Positions 34,091 to 44,376 of a stretch of 54,510 nucleotides of DNA are shown in pieces. Origin of the DNA: a virus (lineage: Duplodnaviria > Caudoviricetes); IMG/VR virus record IMGVR_UViG_3300036770_001615, positions 1-54,510 of that record. One strand, written 5' to 3'. Position 1 is the first letter of the stretch, and every line of letters begins with the position of its first letter. The notes below the pieces were generated by a model. The model worked only from the letters and a program-made list of their open reading frames with translations. It was not told the origin of the DNA and did not search any database. The position numbers and the translations under genes were made by a program.

Positions 34091-34917
34091 GGCATTTTTT
34101 CTTCTAATAGTTTTCTTTGACTATTTAAATAACTTTCATATAAGTTAACAGTTCCTTCGTTTATGTCTTTACCGGTAATAACACTTAAATCATTTAATGT
34201 TTTATCTTTGTTATTCATTATATCGTAGAATTTAAATTCATATATATCCGAATGATAATCGTAGAATTTACCTAAATCTACATATTGAAAGTTTTCTTCA
34301 AAAGAGGATAGGTACTTATCTACTTCTTCAGTAGTAGCATCCATTGGGTGTTTTGATTCAATGTTATGTCGCAAACAAATTTTATTCCATTGATTTAAAT
34401 ATGAAACGCTATTAATGCTAGTTTCGCTTGCAACATGTCTTATAGATTTGTAAAAAAAATTTCCTCTTATTAATTTTTCTTCTTTAGGGGTATGACTAAT
34501 AATTAATATCTTTCCTAAAGGAAATCTAATCTTGTATCTATTAAAACTAATAGGAACATGATTAGTAAAAACTAAAGGTCTAGATTCGTCTAAGGGTTCT
34601 GCTAATTCAAACTCTACTGCACTATGACGTTTATAAAATAAATGATGTTGATATCTAAATCTATAAACAAAATTAGGATCCTCTAATTTCTTTTTATCTA
34701 ATATCTTTTTTGGTATAGACTCTGATACATAATTCCTATCATTTTTTATTTTTAGAGGAACATCGTAATGAGCATTGGCTTTTGAAAAGGAATAATTTAA
34801 TTCATTAGGATAATATAGACTATAAACCAATAATCTTAAAAAACTACCACCTGCTCCGGGAGCATATATGACATAGTATGCAGGCGTCTTGTCAAATGAT
34901 CTTACCAAGCCCTGCAT
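34078..34917 (-). CDS. Sulfotransferase-like P-loop protein (start uncertain)
   Basis: YAPGAGGSFL motif. Confidence 0.5.
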   Translation of the reverse strand: MQGLVRSFDKTPAYYVIYAPGAGGSFLRLLVYSLYYPNELNYSFSKANAHYDVPLKIKNDRNYVSESIPKKILDKKKLEDPNFVYRFRYQHHLFYKRHSAVEFELAEPLDESRPLVFTNHVPISFNRYKIRFPLGKILIISHTPKEEKLIRGNFFYKSIRHVASETSINSVSYLNQWNKICLRHNIESKHPMDATTEEVDKYLSSFEENFQYVDLGKFYDYHSDIYEFKFYDIMNNKDKTLNDLSVITGKDINEGTVNLYESYLNSQRKLLEEKMPWAL

Positions 34918-35366
34918 GACCAATAACGTGCTTTCCAACGTGGTCCCGGATTCTTGCAATTATGTCTAGCACGGAAACTCTTGCGGCGTTTTGGATTTGA
35001 CTTTTTAATCTTCATTTTTTTATCGCCGAAGTTGACCTTGACAACTTTGCCATTGGGTTTACGAACATAGACCTTAGATTTCTTAACGTCCCCTGCCATT
35101 GGTTTACCCAATTGGACCTTGCGTCCTTGATACTCTGCTTCACTTATTACTAGTTCTTCAGATTCACATATTATTTGATTAATATCTAGGAAGTCCAAAG
35201 TAGCGTCATCTGCTTCTAATATGATACCATCTTCCATAAATCCTACGATTCCAGTTTCAATAACGAAATCATCACTTAATTCAAAATCGACACTATCATA
35301 TAGTTCAATAACTTCGGTTTCTTGAATATCATCTAAAACTTGTAATAAATTTCTAAAGTCTGACAT
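34902..35366 (-). CDS. Late protein: acidic N-terminus, basic C-terminal domain (FG..RRKSFRARH.C..A.YWSC..W)
   Basis: AGGAG SD, TAAATA 35384. Confidence 0.75.
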   Translation of the reverse strand: MSDFRNLLQVLDDIQETEVIELYDSVDFELSDDFVIETGIVGFMEDGIILEADDATLDFLDINQIICESEELVISEAEYQGRKVQLGKPMAGDVKKSKVYVRKPNGKVVKVNFGDKKMKIKKSNPKRRKSFRARHNCKNPGPRWKARYWSCRAW

Positions 35367-35389
35367 AGTTGTTCTCCTACTTGTATTTA

Positions 35390-35941
35390 TCAGAATATAT
35401 TCCAAATATTTGGATTTTTATTAACAATCTCATCAAACTCGTAGTCATAACTGATTTGTAGTAGAATCCTAGAAAAACTGTCCTGAAGTACCCGAACATT
35501 ATGTAGATTGTTCACGTTAACTAATGTTGGATAATTACTACTATATACGCTAGTTTGAATAGGTTTATATGGATTGGGTTTACCTCTAGGGGGGATAGTA
35601 ATAGAGTTATCATAAAAGTTGATAGGTTCCTGTAGATTATAGACTATAGGGATAGTCATACAGGTTAGTCTATCATCGTCCCTATGGGTAGTAGTTAAGT
35701 ACCATTTACCGTCTTTTAATGATTTGTCATGACATTGTATAACAATGTTTTTATAGGGTAATCCTATACCGTCTATTATACCAGTTAGTAAATTTTTATA
35801 GTACGGATTGAAAAACTCTAGACCTACATAATTCCTACTGTCCCAAATATGATGTGCATTTGAAACTAAATCATCCCAGTGGTTCTTGATTACGCTAGGG
35901 TCATCTAGTCTGACAGTAAGAAGTTCAGCAAGATTATTCAT
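35390..35941 (-). CDS. Cupin/2OG oxygenase-like protein
   Basis: HRD...LHNV...RILLQIS. Confidence 0.65.
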   Translation of the reverse strand: MNNLAELLTVRLDDPSVIKNHWDDLVSNAHHIWDSRNYVGLEFFNPYYKNLLTGIIDGIGLPYKNIVIQCHDKSLKDGKWYLTTTHRDDDRLTCMTIPIVYNLQEPINFYDNSITIPPRGKPNPYKPIQTSVYSSNYPTLVNVNNLHNVRVLQDSFSRILLQISYDYEFDEIVNKNPNIWNIF

Positions 35942-36539
35942 ACCAACTCATACCTAAAAACATTCTAAGAGGGCATGCTTGATTTATAGGTGTCATCCAA
36001 TGTGGATGATCTCTAGTCCACATGACCATAGTATTTGGTTTAGGACTAAAGGGTATTTTATCTAACTCTGCTAGTGAAGATAGGTGTAATATACCTCCCC
36101 AACTATCATCCCAGTGTTCGTGACAAAATAGCAGTGAGGTAAAACATTTATCTATAGGTGCTCCCTTTACTGCACCATCGCTATGTCTATGCATCTTTGT
36201 ATCCATATCACCGTATTGCAACCAAATGTTACTAAGTTTTATGTTTGGATAACCCTTGTCAATAATATATTGTCGTAACTTTTGTACTGGTTCTCTAATA
36301 TCATTCCCAAAAAAACCCAATGACTCTTTTTCAACGTCATCAGAGTTACACCAAAATCTAACACGTTTTGCCTCTTGTTCAGATTTGATGGGGTTGTATC
36401 TACCGTATTCTATAGATATGTTGTCATCAACATCAAATGCACCGTATTCTAACTTTGATAACTTGTAAAATTTGCTTACTCTTTTATTAAGTTTGTCAAA
36501 TGAATCAGTATCAATAAAGTTTGATTCAGTGAAGTACAT
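35934..36539 (-). CDS. 2OG-Fe(II) oxygenase
   Basis: HSD...WGGIL...PKPN...PHW...R. Confidence 0.75.
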   Translation of the reverse strand: MYFTESNFIDTDSFDKLNKRVSKFYKLSKLEYGAFDVDDNISIEYGRYNPIKSEQEAKRVRFWCNSDDVEKESLGFFGNDIREPVQKLRQYIIDKGYPNIKLSNIWLQYGDMDTKMHRHSDGAVKGAPIDKCFTSLLFCHEHWDDSWGGILHLSSLAELDKIPFSPKPNTMVMWTRDHPHWMTPINQACPLRMFLGMSWYE

Positions 36540-37168
36540 TAGTGTGCATTCCTATATATGTTAGTGTCATTACTAGTACTCCAACCAGTACCTAAAAATG
36601 CTCTCATATAATTTGAGTCATTTACTGTAACAGTGTTCACTTTGTGCCAAACATCTCGACTCCAAATCAACATTCGATTTGGTATTGGTTGTATTATTTG
36701 TCTTTCTACCAACTCGTTGACACGAACTAATTTACCTTCGCTGTCTTTAGGAGCAATAGGATCACCAACGACAAATTCACCACCATAATGCGGTTCCCAA
36801 TCACTTACATATATTAGTGCGGTATAAGTATTTTCTTGCTTACTATTTCTTAATGCTTGATCTTGGTGTACAGGAATAGACATAGTATCAATAATATACT
36901 GGTACCAAACAGAATAATTATGTATCTCGTCTATTCCTAAAGATTGCATAGTGGATATAATCTTTTCAATAGCAGGAATACACTCTTTACCTAATAAGTT
37001 GCATCCCTCACGCCAATTTCCAGTGGGATCATGATAGGTCAATCGCACCGGCTCATCTGAGTTTTTATCAAATTTTTTCTTGTCGGTAGCAACGAATCGT
37101 TTGGTGATTCGATTTTTTAATGCTTGAAATTGATCTTGTGGTAAAAAGTTGTCTACGTAATGTATCAT
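36539..37168 (-). CDS. 2OG-Fe(II) oxygenase
   Basis: HQD...YGGEF...PNR...WHKV...R. Confidence 0.75.
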   Translation of the reverse strand: MIHYVDNFLPQDQFQALKNRITKRFVATDKKKFDKNSDEPVRLTYHDPTGNWREGCNLLGKECIPAIEKIISTMQSLGIDEIHNYSVWYQYIIDTMSIPVHQDQALRNSKQENTYTALIYVSDWEPHYGGEFVVGDPIAPKDSEGKLVRVNELVERQIIQPIPNRMLIWSRDVWHKVNTVTVNDSNYMRAFLGTGWSTSNDTNIYRNAH

Positions 37169-37731
37169 TTATCAAAGTAAATTTTTTCTAGTTGCCTAAT
37201 AGTATCTTCAGCAGAATTAGGAACTTCAAATTCATCTTCGTGTTTGACGGCTATACCACCTGCATCACGCCATTTTTGCAGATATGGACCAAAGTCATCT
37301 ACTAATACATTTACTTTGTCACCATCTTTAGCATACTTGTATTTGGCTGATGTAAAGATAGCATTGCCGCTAGTACCGGGATTGTATTGATCTAACCAAT
37401 CTTTCTTAGCCTGTATGCTTGCTTTACTATATGGTCCTCTAAGAGGTGCAGATAATACTGTAAAAGGTATATTATGTTTCTTTAGCCAGGCTATAATCTG
37501 CATTCCGCCTTTTAGTGGTTTTAAGTCTCTAAAGAAATCATAAACTTGTTTTTCAGAACTATTAGCCAATTGATTAATCTCATCTTCTTTATTCTGAATA
37601 GCCTTCCAATGGTTTACATTGTGTCGTTTAGCCCATGCTCCAAAAAAGTCAGCCTGTACCCCGTCCATATCTAGGTATAGATGTGGCTTTTCTGATCCAA
37701 TATTTTCAGTTAATAACTCTACTATTTTCAT
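37165..37731 (-). CDS. HAD-family 5'(3')-deoxyribonucleotidase
   Basis: LDMDGV.ADF...LSAP...K..W...LVDD; TAAATA 37737. Confidence 0.85.
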   Translation of the reverse strand: MKIVELLTENIGSEKPHLYLDMDGVQADFFGAWAKRHNVNHWKAIQNKEDEINQLANSSEKQVYDFFRDLKPLKGGMQIIAWLKKHNIPFTVLSAPLRGPYSKASIQAKKDWLDQYNPGTSGNAIFTSAKYKYAKDGDKVNVLVDDFGPYLQKWRDAGGIAVKHEDEFEVPNSAEDTIRQLEKIYFDK

Positions 37732-37787
37732 TGTAGTATTTATCGCTAAATATTTATGTTCCATAATAACAATAATAGGAGAACTAT

Positions 37788-38333
37788 ATGGCAGAAGAAA
37801 AGAAACCTATGTCTCGTAGTGAGCGTGAGGCACAAATTAAAGACAAAGCAGGTTGGGTAGTAGCATTATTTGCGGCTGTATTGGCTATTAGCACACTAGT
37901 TGGTGGTAGTAACAGTAGTAAAATTCTTACTAACACTATAACTGCTAATAATTTATGGGCTTGGTACCAAGCAAAAAATACACGTTTAACTTTAGTCGAA
38001 TTCGAAATTCCACGTGCTATGCGTGATAAAGATGAGGCTAGAGTTGCACAACTAAAAGATTGGGCTGCAAAACTTGAATCTGATCCTGAAAAGGGTGAGG
38101 GTAAAAAAGAGATAGCAGAAAAAGCACGTAAACTTGAAGCAGAACGTGAAGAAGCACGTAAGCGTAGCCCATGGTTTACATATGGCGGAAGTGGATTACA
38201 GATCGCCATTGTGTTATTAACTGCTAGTATATTGGCTGTAAGTATGAACCTATTTTGGGCTAGCCTTGTAGTAGGTGCAATAAGTTCAGTAGCAGTTAGC
38301 CAAGCAATATGGATGTGGATTCCATTTATTTAA
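37788..38333 (+). CDS. DUF4337-like membrane protein
   Basis: A.LAI...WAWYQAK...QIAIVL..ASIL. Confidence 0.75.
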   Translation: MAEEKKPMSRSEREAQIKDKAGWVVALFAAVLAISTLVGGSNSSKILTNTITANNLWAWYQAKNTRLTLVEFEIPRAMRDKDEARVAQLKDWAAKLESDPEKGEGKKEIAEKARKLEAEREEARKRSPWFTYGGSGLQIAIVLLTASILAVSMNLFWASLVVGAISSVAVSQAIWMWIPFI

Positions 38334-38658
38334 AAGTATCTGGCCAATCACGATATAGGGCATGTTGTATATTGCCCTGTACAAACTGATTGAAACTTTG
38401 ATGCTTACTTTCTAATTCGCCTTCTTTAGGGGCAACTCTATTGAAGGCGTCATCCATCTGAGCCATGTTTTTGAATTCCATCATGATATGCCATTCAGGT
38501 ATATCTAAACTACGAAATCCCATCTTACATCTTGTAATACGAAAACTCTCCATCTTACCTTCACTGACAAGATGTTCTAAAAACTTTCGCATGTTTGCTA
38601 CCCAATCAACATCAGATATGCCTTCTGACTTGTCACACCATATATGATAAATGTCCAT
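38326..38658 (-). CDS. DUF6614-like protein
   Basis: YHIWCD...RITRCKMGF...EWHIMMEF...LYRDWPD. Confidence 0.65.
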   Translation of the reverse strand: MDIYHIWCDKSEGISDVDWVANMRKFLEHLVSEGKMESFRITRCKMGFRSLDIPEWHIMMEFKNMAQMDDAFNRVAPKEGELESKHQSFNQFVQGNIQHALYRDWPDTFK

Positions 38659-38659
38659 A

Positions 38660-39838
38660 TTATCCTAAATCTTTAGTTTTCTTCCACTGATTAAATTCTT
38701 CTAAGAATAACTTAGTATTGTTTCCAAACACATTACAAGAAATATTCGTAAGACCTGGCTCACCTCTGTCAGGGAAATAATCTTGTATTCCTCCTTGTCT
38801 ACGAACGTCTAATGTTATACAGTGAATACCACCGTCCCAAAAACCTCTAGTACGCCATGGAACAATATGTACCTTTACTCCGTTTCTTTCTAGTTCTTCA
38901 TACAAAGGATCATATGCAGAAACCGTATCAGTACACATTATATTATTTTCATCAAGCATTAATGTATTAACTTCAAAGAATGTTTCTTTATAATTTCCTA
39001 CCCATTCTTTGCAATACTTTTTAACGTATGCATTGAAATGTCTGGGCAAACTATTAATATATCCTACCCAATCATTGCTGCCGTTACGTTGAATACTTGA
39101 TTTTGCCTGCGCTGCTTGTATTTTTTCTGCCACAACCCATGTAGGGTCTTGTATATTGATATGTCTCCAACCTGGTAATATTCTCTCATAGTCTACCCAA
39201 TATCTAGTAGTTAATACTAACCCCGGCTTAACTGGCATAAAGCATGCATCTACATGCCCACCATTGGTACTGTAATGCAGTCTATATTCACTAAAGAATG
39301 GCTGATATACTGTAGAAAACCTATAAAAATCTTTAAAGGCTGCTTCTTTCTTTTGCTGATTAAGAAGATGACTGCGCTCGTTAAAAAGTACTCTATCAAA
39401 AATTAAATCTTTACCAATTTTTACTAATGAGGATCCTTGAACGTCAGGTATAATGTTTTCTCTCCAAACAGGGACAAACACATTTTCTTTAGGATATAAT
39501 TCTTTCAACGGCTCGTATGAGGGATTTGGCGTACCTTGTACAAATAACTTATTACCTACAACTGCATTCTCATCACGTGGACATATAGGAGGTTTTAATA
39601 GAAACTTATTTTTAAAAAGATATTGAGATTTATCTCCGTCAATTTTAGGGCGTCTTACTGTAACACCAAATTCTTCTAATTTCTTTTGTATTGCAGATAA
39701 ATCTTGTTTAGTCCATTCGGTAAGTTCGTAAAAACTATCACGTATATCTGGTTCTAAGTCATCATAGAAATCTTTTGGATATACATCTCCTAACCATACT
39801 TCTTCAAGTTTATCCCAATTGTTGTTTACATTAATCAT
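38660..39838 (-). CDS. Amidinotransferase (glycine/inosamine type)
   Basis: CPRD, GHVD, WDGGIHCITLD catalytic motifs. Confidence 0.85.
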   Translation of the reverse strand: MINVNNNWDKLEEVWLGDVYPKDFYDDLEPDIRDSFYELTEWTKQDLSAIQKKLEEFGVTVRRPKIDGDKSQYLFKNKFLLKPPICPRDENAVVGNKLFVQGTPNPSYEPLKELYPKENVFVPVWRENIIPDVQGSSLVKIGKDLIFDRVLFNERSHLLNQQKKEAAFKDFYRFSTVYQPFFSEYRLHYSTNGGHVDACFMPVKPGLVLTTRYWVDYERILPGWRHINIQDPTWVVAEKIQAAQAKSSIQRNGSNDWVGYINSLPRHFNAYVKKYCKEWVGNYKETFFEVNTLMLDENNIMCTDTVSAYDPLYEELERNGVKVHIVPWRTRGFWDGGIHCITLDVRRQGGIQDYFPDRGEPGLTNISCNVFGNNTKLFLEEFNQWKKTKDLG

Positions 39839-40260
39839 AGTGGTCCTACTATTTCATATCCATTTATTTCGCTTTTATAATCATCGGCTAACCCTAAGTA
39901 CATATACTTGTAACCATATTTCTTATAATAGGCGCATTCATTCTTTAAACTTTCAATACCTAATCGTAATTTTGGATTTTCATAATCCCATGCAAACTGA
40001 CAGTTTTCAACATTATGATTGTCTAGTCTACGTACTAGTGTAAAGGCTATTAAGTTTTCTCTATCATAATATCCAAAGATATCGGTGTTTACATCCCTAT
40101 ATTGATTTTCAAATATAGGTACTACGCTTTCAAACTTTTTATAATCACAATACTTTTTAAAAATATCATCAAGTAATACTATGTTAGGATACTTGATTAA
40201 ACGATATATAGGTGATAGTACATAATCAGTTTTAGCGAGGTTAACTCTAGCATATTTCAT
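39835..40260 (-). CDS. Arg/Leu-tRNA-protein transferase C-domain-like protein (GNAT fold)
   Basis: WDY..PKLRLG..SL..E......GYKYMYLG....YK. Confidence 0.6.
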   Translation of the reverse strand: MKYARVNLAKTDYVLSPIYRLIKYPNIVLLDDIFKKYCDYKKFESVVPIFENQYRDVNTDIFGYYDRENLIAFTLVRRLDNHNVENCQFAWDYENPKLRLGIESLKNECAYYKKYGYKYMYLGLADDYKSEINGYEIVGPL

Positions 40261-40264
40261 GCAG

Positions 40265-40762
40265 TTATTTATTTCGCCAATTTACTACGTAATCTAAATT
40301 TTCTTTAGGCCAATGCTTGTAGTATCCATTATCTTCTAACTGCTTACTAGCATCAGTTAATTTAGAAAGTTTCTGAGCAAGAACTAGTGAGCATTCACCA
40401 AAGTTCATTGACACACCGTTTAGTATTTCAGGATTATCTGGATGATCCTCTAACAAAACATAGTCATACTTCTTTAATAATTGATTTAAAATATCAACCT
40501 TTTCGGCAAGCATTGTGGCAGATATTTCTTTTGGATCAATACAAAATATTAATACATCTAATGTACTGAGTCTATATAGATTGGACGTAATAAGACTATC
40601 TAAATCTCTACTAGAATCTTTAAATATTATTTCAACTAAATTGGAAAATAAGGCCTGCCTTGCATAGGGGCAAGGAGGCCAGTTATTCAATAACTTATTT
40701 GGTTTGCCTACAAAGTTATTAATCCAATCGATTAGTTTTTGACGTATTTCCCGTTCTTCCAT
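40265..40762 (-). CDS. DUF1415-like protein
   Basis: WI..FV......PCPYAR...DHP. Confidence 0.55.
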   Translation of the reverse strand: MEEREIRQKLIDWINNFVGKPNKLLNNWPPCPYARQALFSNLVEIIFKDSSRDLDSLITSNLYRLSTLDVLIFCIDPKEISATMLAEKVDILNQLLKKYDYVLLEDHPDNPEILNGVSMNFGECSLVLAQKLSKLTDASKQLEDNGYYKHWPKENLDYVVNWRNK

Positions 40763-41019
40763 ATTTTATCTGGCCTATAGTCTACATTCATAATGGGTTT
40801 TCTACTTTTTATTAACGAACTAGGTTGCTTAATATCGTCACCGTATTTCAATACAAAGTAAGAAATAGTACCCTCATCAATATCATCTGGTACACCAATA
40901 ATCATATGCTGATCCCATATGATTTTAGTATAGATAACCTTCTTCATAATGGGATCTTTTAATATCTCATCGAATTGATTATCTTCTTTGTAAATATAAT
41001 AATGTTTCATTTTTTCCAA
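40732..41019 (-). CDS. Hypothetical protein
   Basis: ORF in operon. Confidence 0.55.
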   Translation of the reverse strand: MEKMKHYYIYKEDNQFDEILKDPIMKKVIYTKIIWDQHMIIGVPDDIDEGTISYFVLKYGDDIKQPSSLIKSRKPIMNVDYRPDKIWKNGKYVKN

Positions 41020-41210
41020 ATAAGAAAGGCTATATAATCTCGCTCAAGTTCAAAGAAGAATACCCAACTGTTATACATTTCTCCATTAGGATCTTCTGTA
41101 TAACGATAGTCACCTTGACAGTTTCTATCACACCATTCAACTATTTCCTTTAATTGCCCATAAGGCATTGAAAGTTTAATCTTGTGTGCTGTCGGTATAC
41201 TGATGGACAT
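41007..41210 (-). CDS. Hypothetical protein
   Basis: EWC...W.F.FE.ERD..AF. Confidence 0.65.
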   Translation of the reverse strand: MSISIPTAHKIKLSMPYGQLKEIVEWCDRNCQGDYRYTEDPNGEMYNSWVFFFELERDYIAFLIWKK

Positions 41211-41706
41211 TGACCCCGCCTTGTTTTAAAAACTCCAATCCCGAATCATCGCGGTACTGATTACGGTAGTATAGTGTATTGATACCTGATTGATATATCA
41301 ATTTAGCACATTCAATGCATGGCGCATGTGTACAAAACATTGTAGCATTCTCGCTAGATTCTGTAGACCTGGACACTTTAGCGATTGCGTTGCTTTCAGC
41401 ATGTAGTACCTCTGATTTAGTTTTTAGTCGGTATCTCCCAGTCATCTCATTGCCATCGGCATCTAAGTATGTACCTTCATATGGCCAACGTTCTACAATT
41501 TCTTCAGCGTCAAGCCAACCGCCGGCGCTACACCATTCTTTATCCTCGCAGTTATTTTCCCAACCAGTGGGCATACCATTGTAACCGGTACCAATAATCT
41601 GATTTCCCTTAACAATTACAGCGCCAACTTGTAATCGTTTAGCATAACTTAACGTGCTAGTTAAGTTTGCAATATTCATAAAGTAGTCAATGAATTTCTT
41701 TTTCAT
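41176..41706 (-). CDS. dCMP deaminase
   Basis: VGAVIV..GYNG...HAESNAI...PCIEC. Confidence 0.92.
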   Translation of the reverse strand: MKKKFIDYFMNIANLTSTLSYAKRLQVGAVIVKGNQIIGTGYNGMPTGWENNCEDKEWCSAGGWLDAEEIVERWPYEGTYLDADGNEMTGRYRLKTKSEVLHAESNAIAKVSRSTESSENATMFCTHAPCIECAKLIYQSGINTLYYRNQYRDDSGLEFLKQGGVNVHQYTDSTQD

Positions 41707-42029
41707 TCTTCCAGTAGATCAATTTTGTTTGGTTTATCTTTCCACTCTTCAGCATCAGGCAATGCATCCTTTTTCTTTGTGATGTTAGGCCACTTCTTTG
41801 CTAGTCTACCGTTTAGGTCAATCCAAAATTGCATATTACTAATCGACTTATCACCATCTTCTACAATAGCATTAACAGGGCATTCGGGAATGCATACGCC
41901 GCAGTCAATACATTCATCAGGATTAATAGCAAGAAAGTTTGGTCCTTCATAAAAGCAATCTACAGGACAAACTGTAACGCAATCTGTGTGTTTACATTTA
42001 ATACAATTATCAGTTACTACGTGAGTCAT
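41703..42029 (-). CDS. fdxA: 7Fe ferredoxin
   Basis: [18 protein letters not shown]...[16 protein letters not shown]. Confidence 0.92.
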   Translation of the reverse strand: MTHVVTDNCIKCKHTDCVTVCPVDCFYEGPNFLAINPDECIDCGVCIPECPVNAIVEDGDKSISNMQFWIDLNGRLAKKWPNITKKKDALPDAEEWKDKPNKIDLLEE

Positions 42030-42268
42030 TTTTTAATATACCCTAATTTTTGAATATGATCTTTGGCTGTTTCGTCTGATAATCCTTTAAGGAAAATACT
42101 ATTAAAACCAAACTTTTCACAAAAGGATTCTCCGAACTTTTTACCTTTTAATTTGTCGAATACGAATTCTTTACAAAAAATATCGTATTCTGTTTTACTT
42201 ATCTGCTTGTCTTTATTGCCTGTTAATTCTTCAAGTTGTGATAATGCAATTATAAACGATGGTTTCAT
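42026..42268 (-). CDS. Hypothetical protein
   Basis: ATG just after the upstream stop. Confidence 0.6.
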   Translation of the reverse strand: MKPSFIIALSQLEELTGNKDKQISKTEYDIFCKEFVFDKLKGKKFGESFCEKFGFNSIFLKGLSDETAKDHIQKLGYIKK

Positions 42269-42269
42269 C

Positions 42270-42806
42270 TTAGTCCCAAAGAGCCCTGTAATATTTACCA
42301 AACAACTCAAGACCCTCTTGAATTCGATCTTCATGCATTTGATGACCTATATGATCATACCAACGTTGATCAGGATGTTTATCTACCATTTGATATGTGG
42401 CTTCCATCTTACCTGAAATAGGATTAGGATATTGCTTGTCTGTCTTAACCCAATCATACTCCTGTTTACCGTGATGATATTCAGTATCGTATTCTTCAAT
42501 GGCTAGTTGTTGGAAACTCCAAATCATTTTGTCTAAGACCTCATCCCAACGTTTACATCCTTCTTCAAAAGATTCGTTATGTGTCTCTTTATAGAAATCA
42601 AAACTATCTTGTGAATCGTGATTGGCTCCTCCTACATCAGCAAACTCATTGGGTATACCATGTTTAGTTGCTTTAAGTTGCAATAAAGCAGGCAATATAA
42701 TTAATGCGAGGGTATGATCCAAATTCCATGTATCATACCCATCTATCTTAACTGAAATTCTTCTGTTCCCACTACCTTTGGGAAACTTTTTAATATCAAT
42801 TTTCAT
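42270..42806 (-). CDS. Hypothetical phage protein
   Basis: DTWNLDHTLA...LDKMIWSF...GLELFGKYY..LWD. Confidence 0.75.
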   Translation of the reverse strand: MKIDIKKFPKGSGNRRISVKIDGYDTWNLDHTLALIILPALLQLKATKHGIPNEFADVGGANHDSQDSFDFYKETHNESFEEGCKRWDEVLDKMIWSFQQLAIEEYDTEYHHGKQEYDWVKTDKQYPNPISGKMEATYQMVDKHPDQRWYDHIGHQMHEDRIQEGLELFGKYYRALWD

Positions 42807-43147
42807 TGAGGAACTGTCTTTACTTTTCCATTAACAAATACTAACATATTTTTGTCATGCAAAACTTTTGCCACTTTGACACTACATCTGGATGCAACTT
42901 CATCTAATGTAGAACCTTGACATATAAATGCATTATTCTTTTTATTATACACGTAAATAACACCATTGTCAAGTTCTGTGAAGAAAGTGGGTACCTCTTC
43001 TTCCTCATCATCTTCTTCTAAAGATTTTAAATCAATTCCTCTACGTTCGGCTTCTGCAAGAAAGGCTCTACGTAGTTTAATCAACAAGAATTGGTTACCA
43101 ATCATCCAACCTAAAGCAAATACTGAGATATAAATTATAATGTCCAT
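42803..43147 (-). CDS. Membrane-anchored hypothetical protein
   Basis: N-terminal TM; FICQG. Confidence 0.7.
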   Translation of the reverse strand: MDIIIYISVFALGWMIGNQFLLIKLRRAFLAEAERRGIDLKSLEEDDEEEEVPTFFTELDNGVIYVYNKKNNAFICQGSTLDEVASRCSVKVAKVLHDKNMLVFVNGKVKTVPQ

Positions 43148-43151
43148 AACC

Positions 43152-43433
43152 TTATTTATTAATGGTAATATTACTCCAGGTCTTCAATTTTTCAAACTTT
43201 TTACGTTTGGCTTTACTGATACCCTTATTACTGACACCAACATTGTGTCCAACAAGTAGTTCAATCATTGCTTGAAGATCGCCCAACTCTTTTTCTAGTT
43301 TTTGAATATTAGTTTCATTTGTACCCTGCATCATTTGATCGGGTCCAAATCGCATACATTTAGATATTTCTACAATGACTTCTGCACATTCTTCCTGTAG
43401 AATAACTAGAGTTTCCCAAACCTCGTCGTTCAT
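43152..43433 (-). CDS. MazG-like NTP pyrophosphohydrolase
   Basis: QEECAEVI..ISK..RFG...ELGDL. Confidence 0.8.
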   Translation of the reverse strand: MNDEVWETLVILQEECAEVIVEISKCMRFGPDQMMQGTNETNIQKLEKELGDLQAMIELLVGHNVGVSNKGISKAKRKKFEKLKTWSNITINK

Positions 43434-43951
43434 GCTTTTTTTCTGCTAGCCATTTTAGGCGCAACTTTCTTTTCGTGATAAGACTTCCAATCAGTAAGAT
43501 AATGATCGTTCCTTATCCAACGAAATATATTCTTTTTTGGTTCTACTAAAAATCCCCATTCACGTTGCTGTGGGCCCATAAAAAATAGCGTGGTTGCTGG
43601 ACTCTCATTATCTAATTCTAGCCAATGATATTCCTTAGCACCACGCTTTATAATACTTCCTGGTCCACGCCATTCTCTAAATGATGCAATCATTTTACCG
43701 TCTTTGTCGAACACAGGGGTGTGTTCATAGTAACCACCTTTAAGAACAATGGTCATATAAGGCCATGGGTGGTCATGCATGATAGGATCATCACTACGTA
43801 CAATCTTATGTAGAGTGACATTAAATGGGAACCATTTACGATCCTTGAATAATAGATAATAACGATGCATATAATCTGCACCCGTTCTGCGGTCTGGGAT
43901 CAAACGATATCGTCCCAACTTATCCATTAGTTTATGAAAAATATTTGTCAT
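43430..43951 (-). CDS. Cupin-like hypothetical protein
   Basis: LH..RSD..HDHPW...GGY.E...H...REWGF. Confidence 0.7.
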   Translation of the reverse strand: MTNIFHKLMDKLGRYRLIPDRRTGADYMHRYYLLFKDRKWFPFNVTLHKIVRSDDPIMHDHPWPYMTIVLKGGYYEHTPVFDKDGKMIASFREWRGPGSIIKRGAKEYHWLELDNESPATTLFFMGPQQREWGFLVEPKKNIFRWIRNDHYLTDWKSYHEKKVAPKMASRKKA

Positions 43952-44013
43952 TATATTTCCGCAGTTTAGAGAAAGGGGATTTTAAGGATTATCCCGAACC
44001 CTCTAATCAATGA

Positions 44014-44277
44014 TTAGACTGACATACCCTGTGTTGAAAGGGCACGATAACCAGCGGCAACAACCTGACGGCTGGGACGACCAAGACGATACTTGGTATA
44101 AGTCTCTCCGCGGCTATTAGTACGCTTGTTAGCGTAAACTGCAAAACCAGCAAAGCGAAGGCTGCTTACGGTTGCAGTAGGATTGGCAATCTCAAAGCGA
44201 GATGCAATCTGCTTGGCGGTCAATTCTTCACCGCGCTGAAGTGCCTCAAGAAGGCGTGTAGTCTTACTAACTGTCAT
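44014..44277 (-). CDS. Winged-HTH DNA-binding protein
   Basis: LTAKQIASRF.IANP.ATVS.LR...YRLG; GAGGA SD. Confidence 0.75.
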   Translation of the reverse strand: MTVSKTTRLLEALQRGEELTAKQIASRFEIANPTATVSSLRFAGFAVYANKRTNSRGETYTKYRLGRPSRQVVAAGYRALSTQGMSV

Positions 44278-44376
44278 AACATTTTTCCTCTTAGTTAAAT
44301 CGTCATTCTCATGACGTACACACATTCTAATACAATGTTTAGAAACTATCAATACTGTTTGGTTACCTTGCATTGA

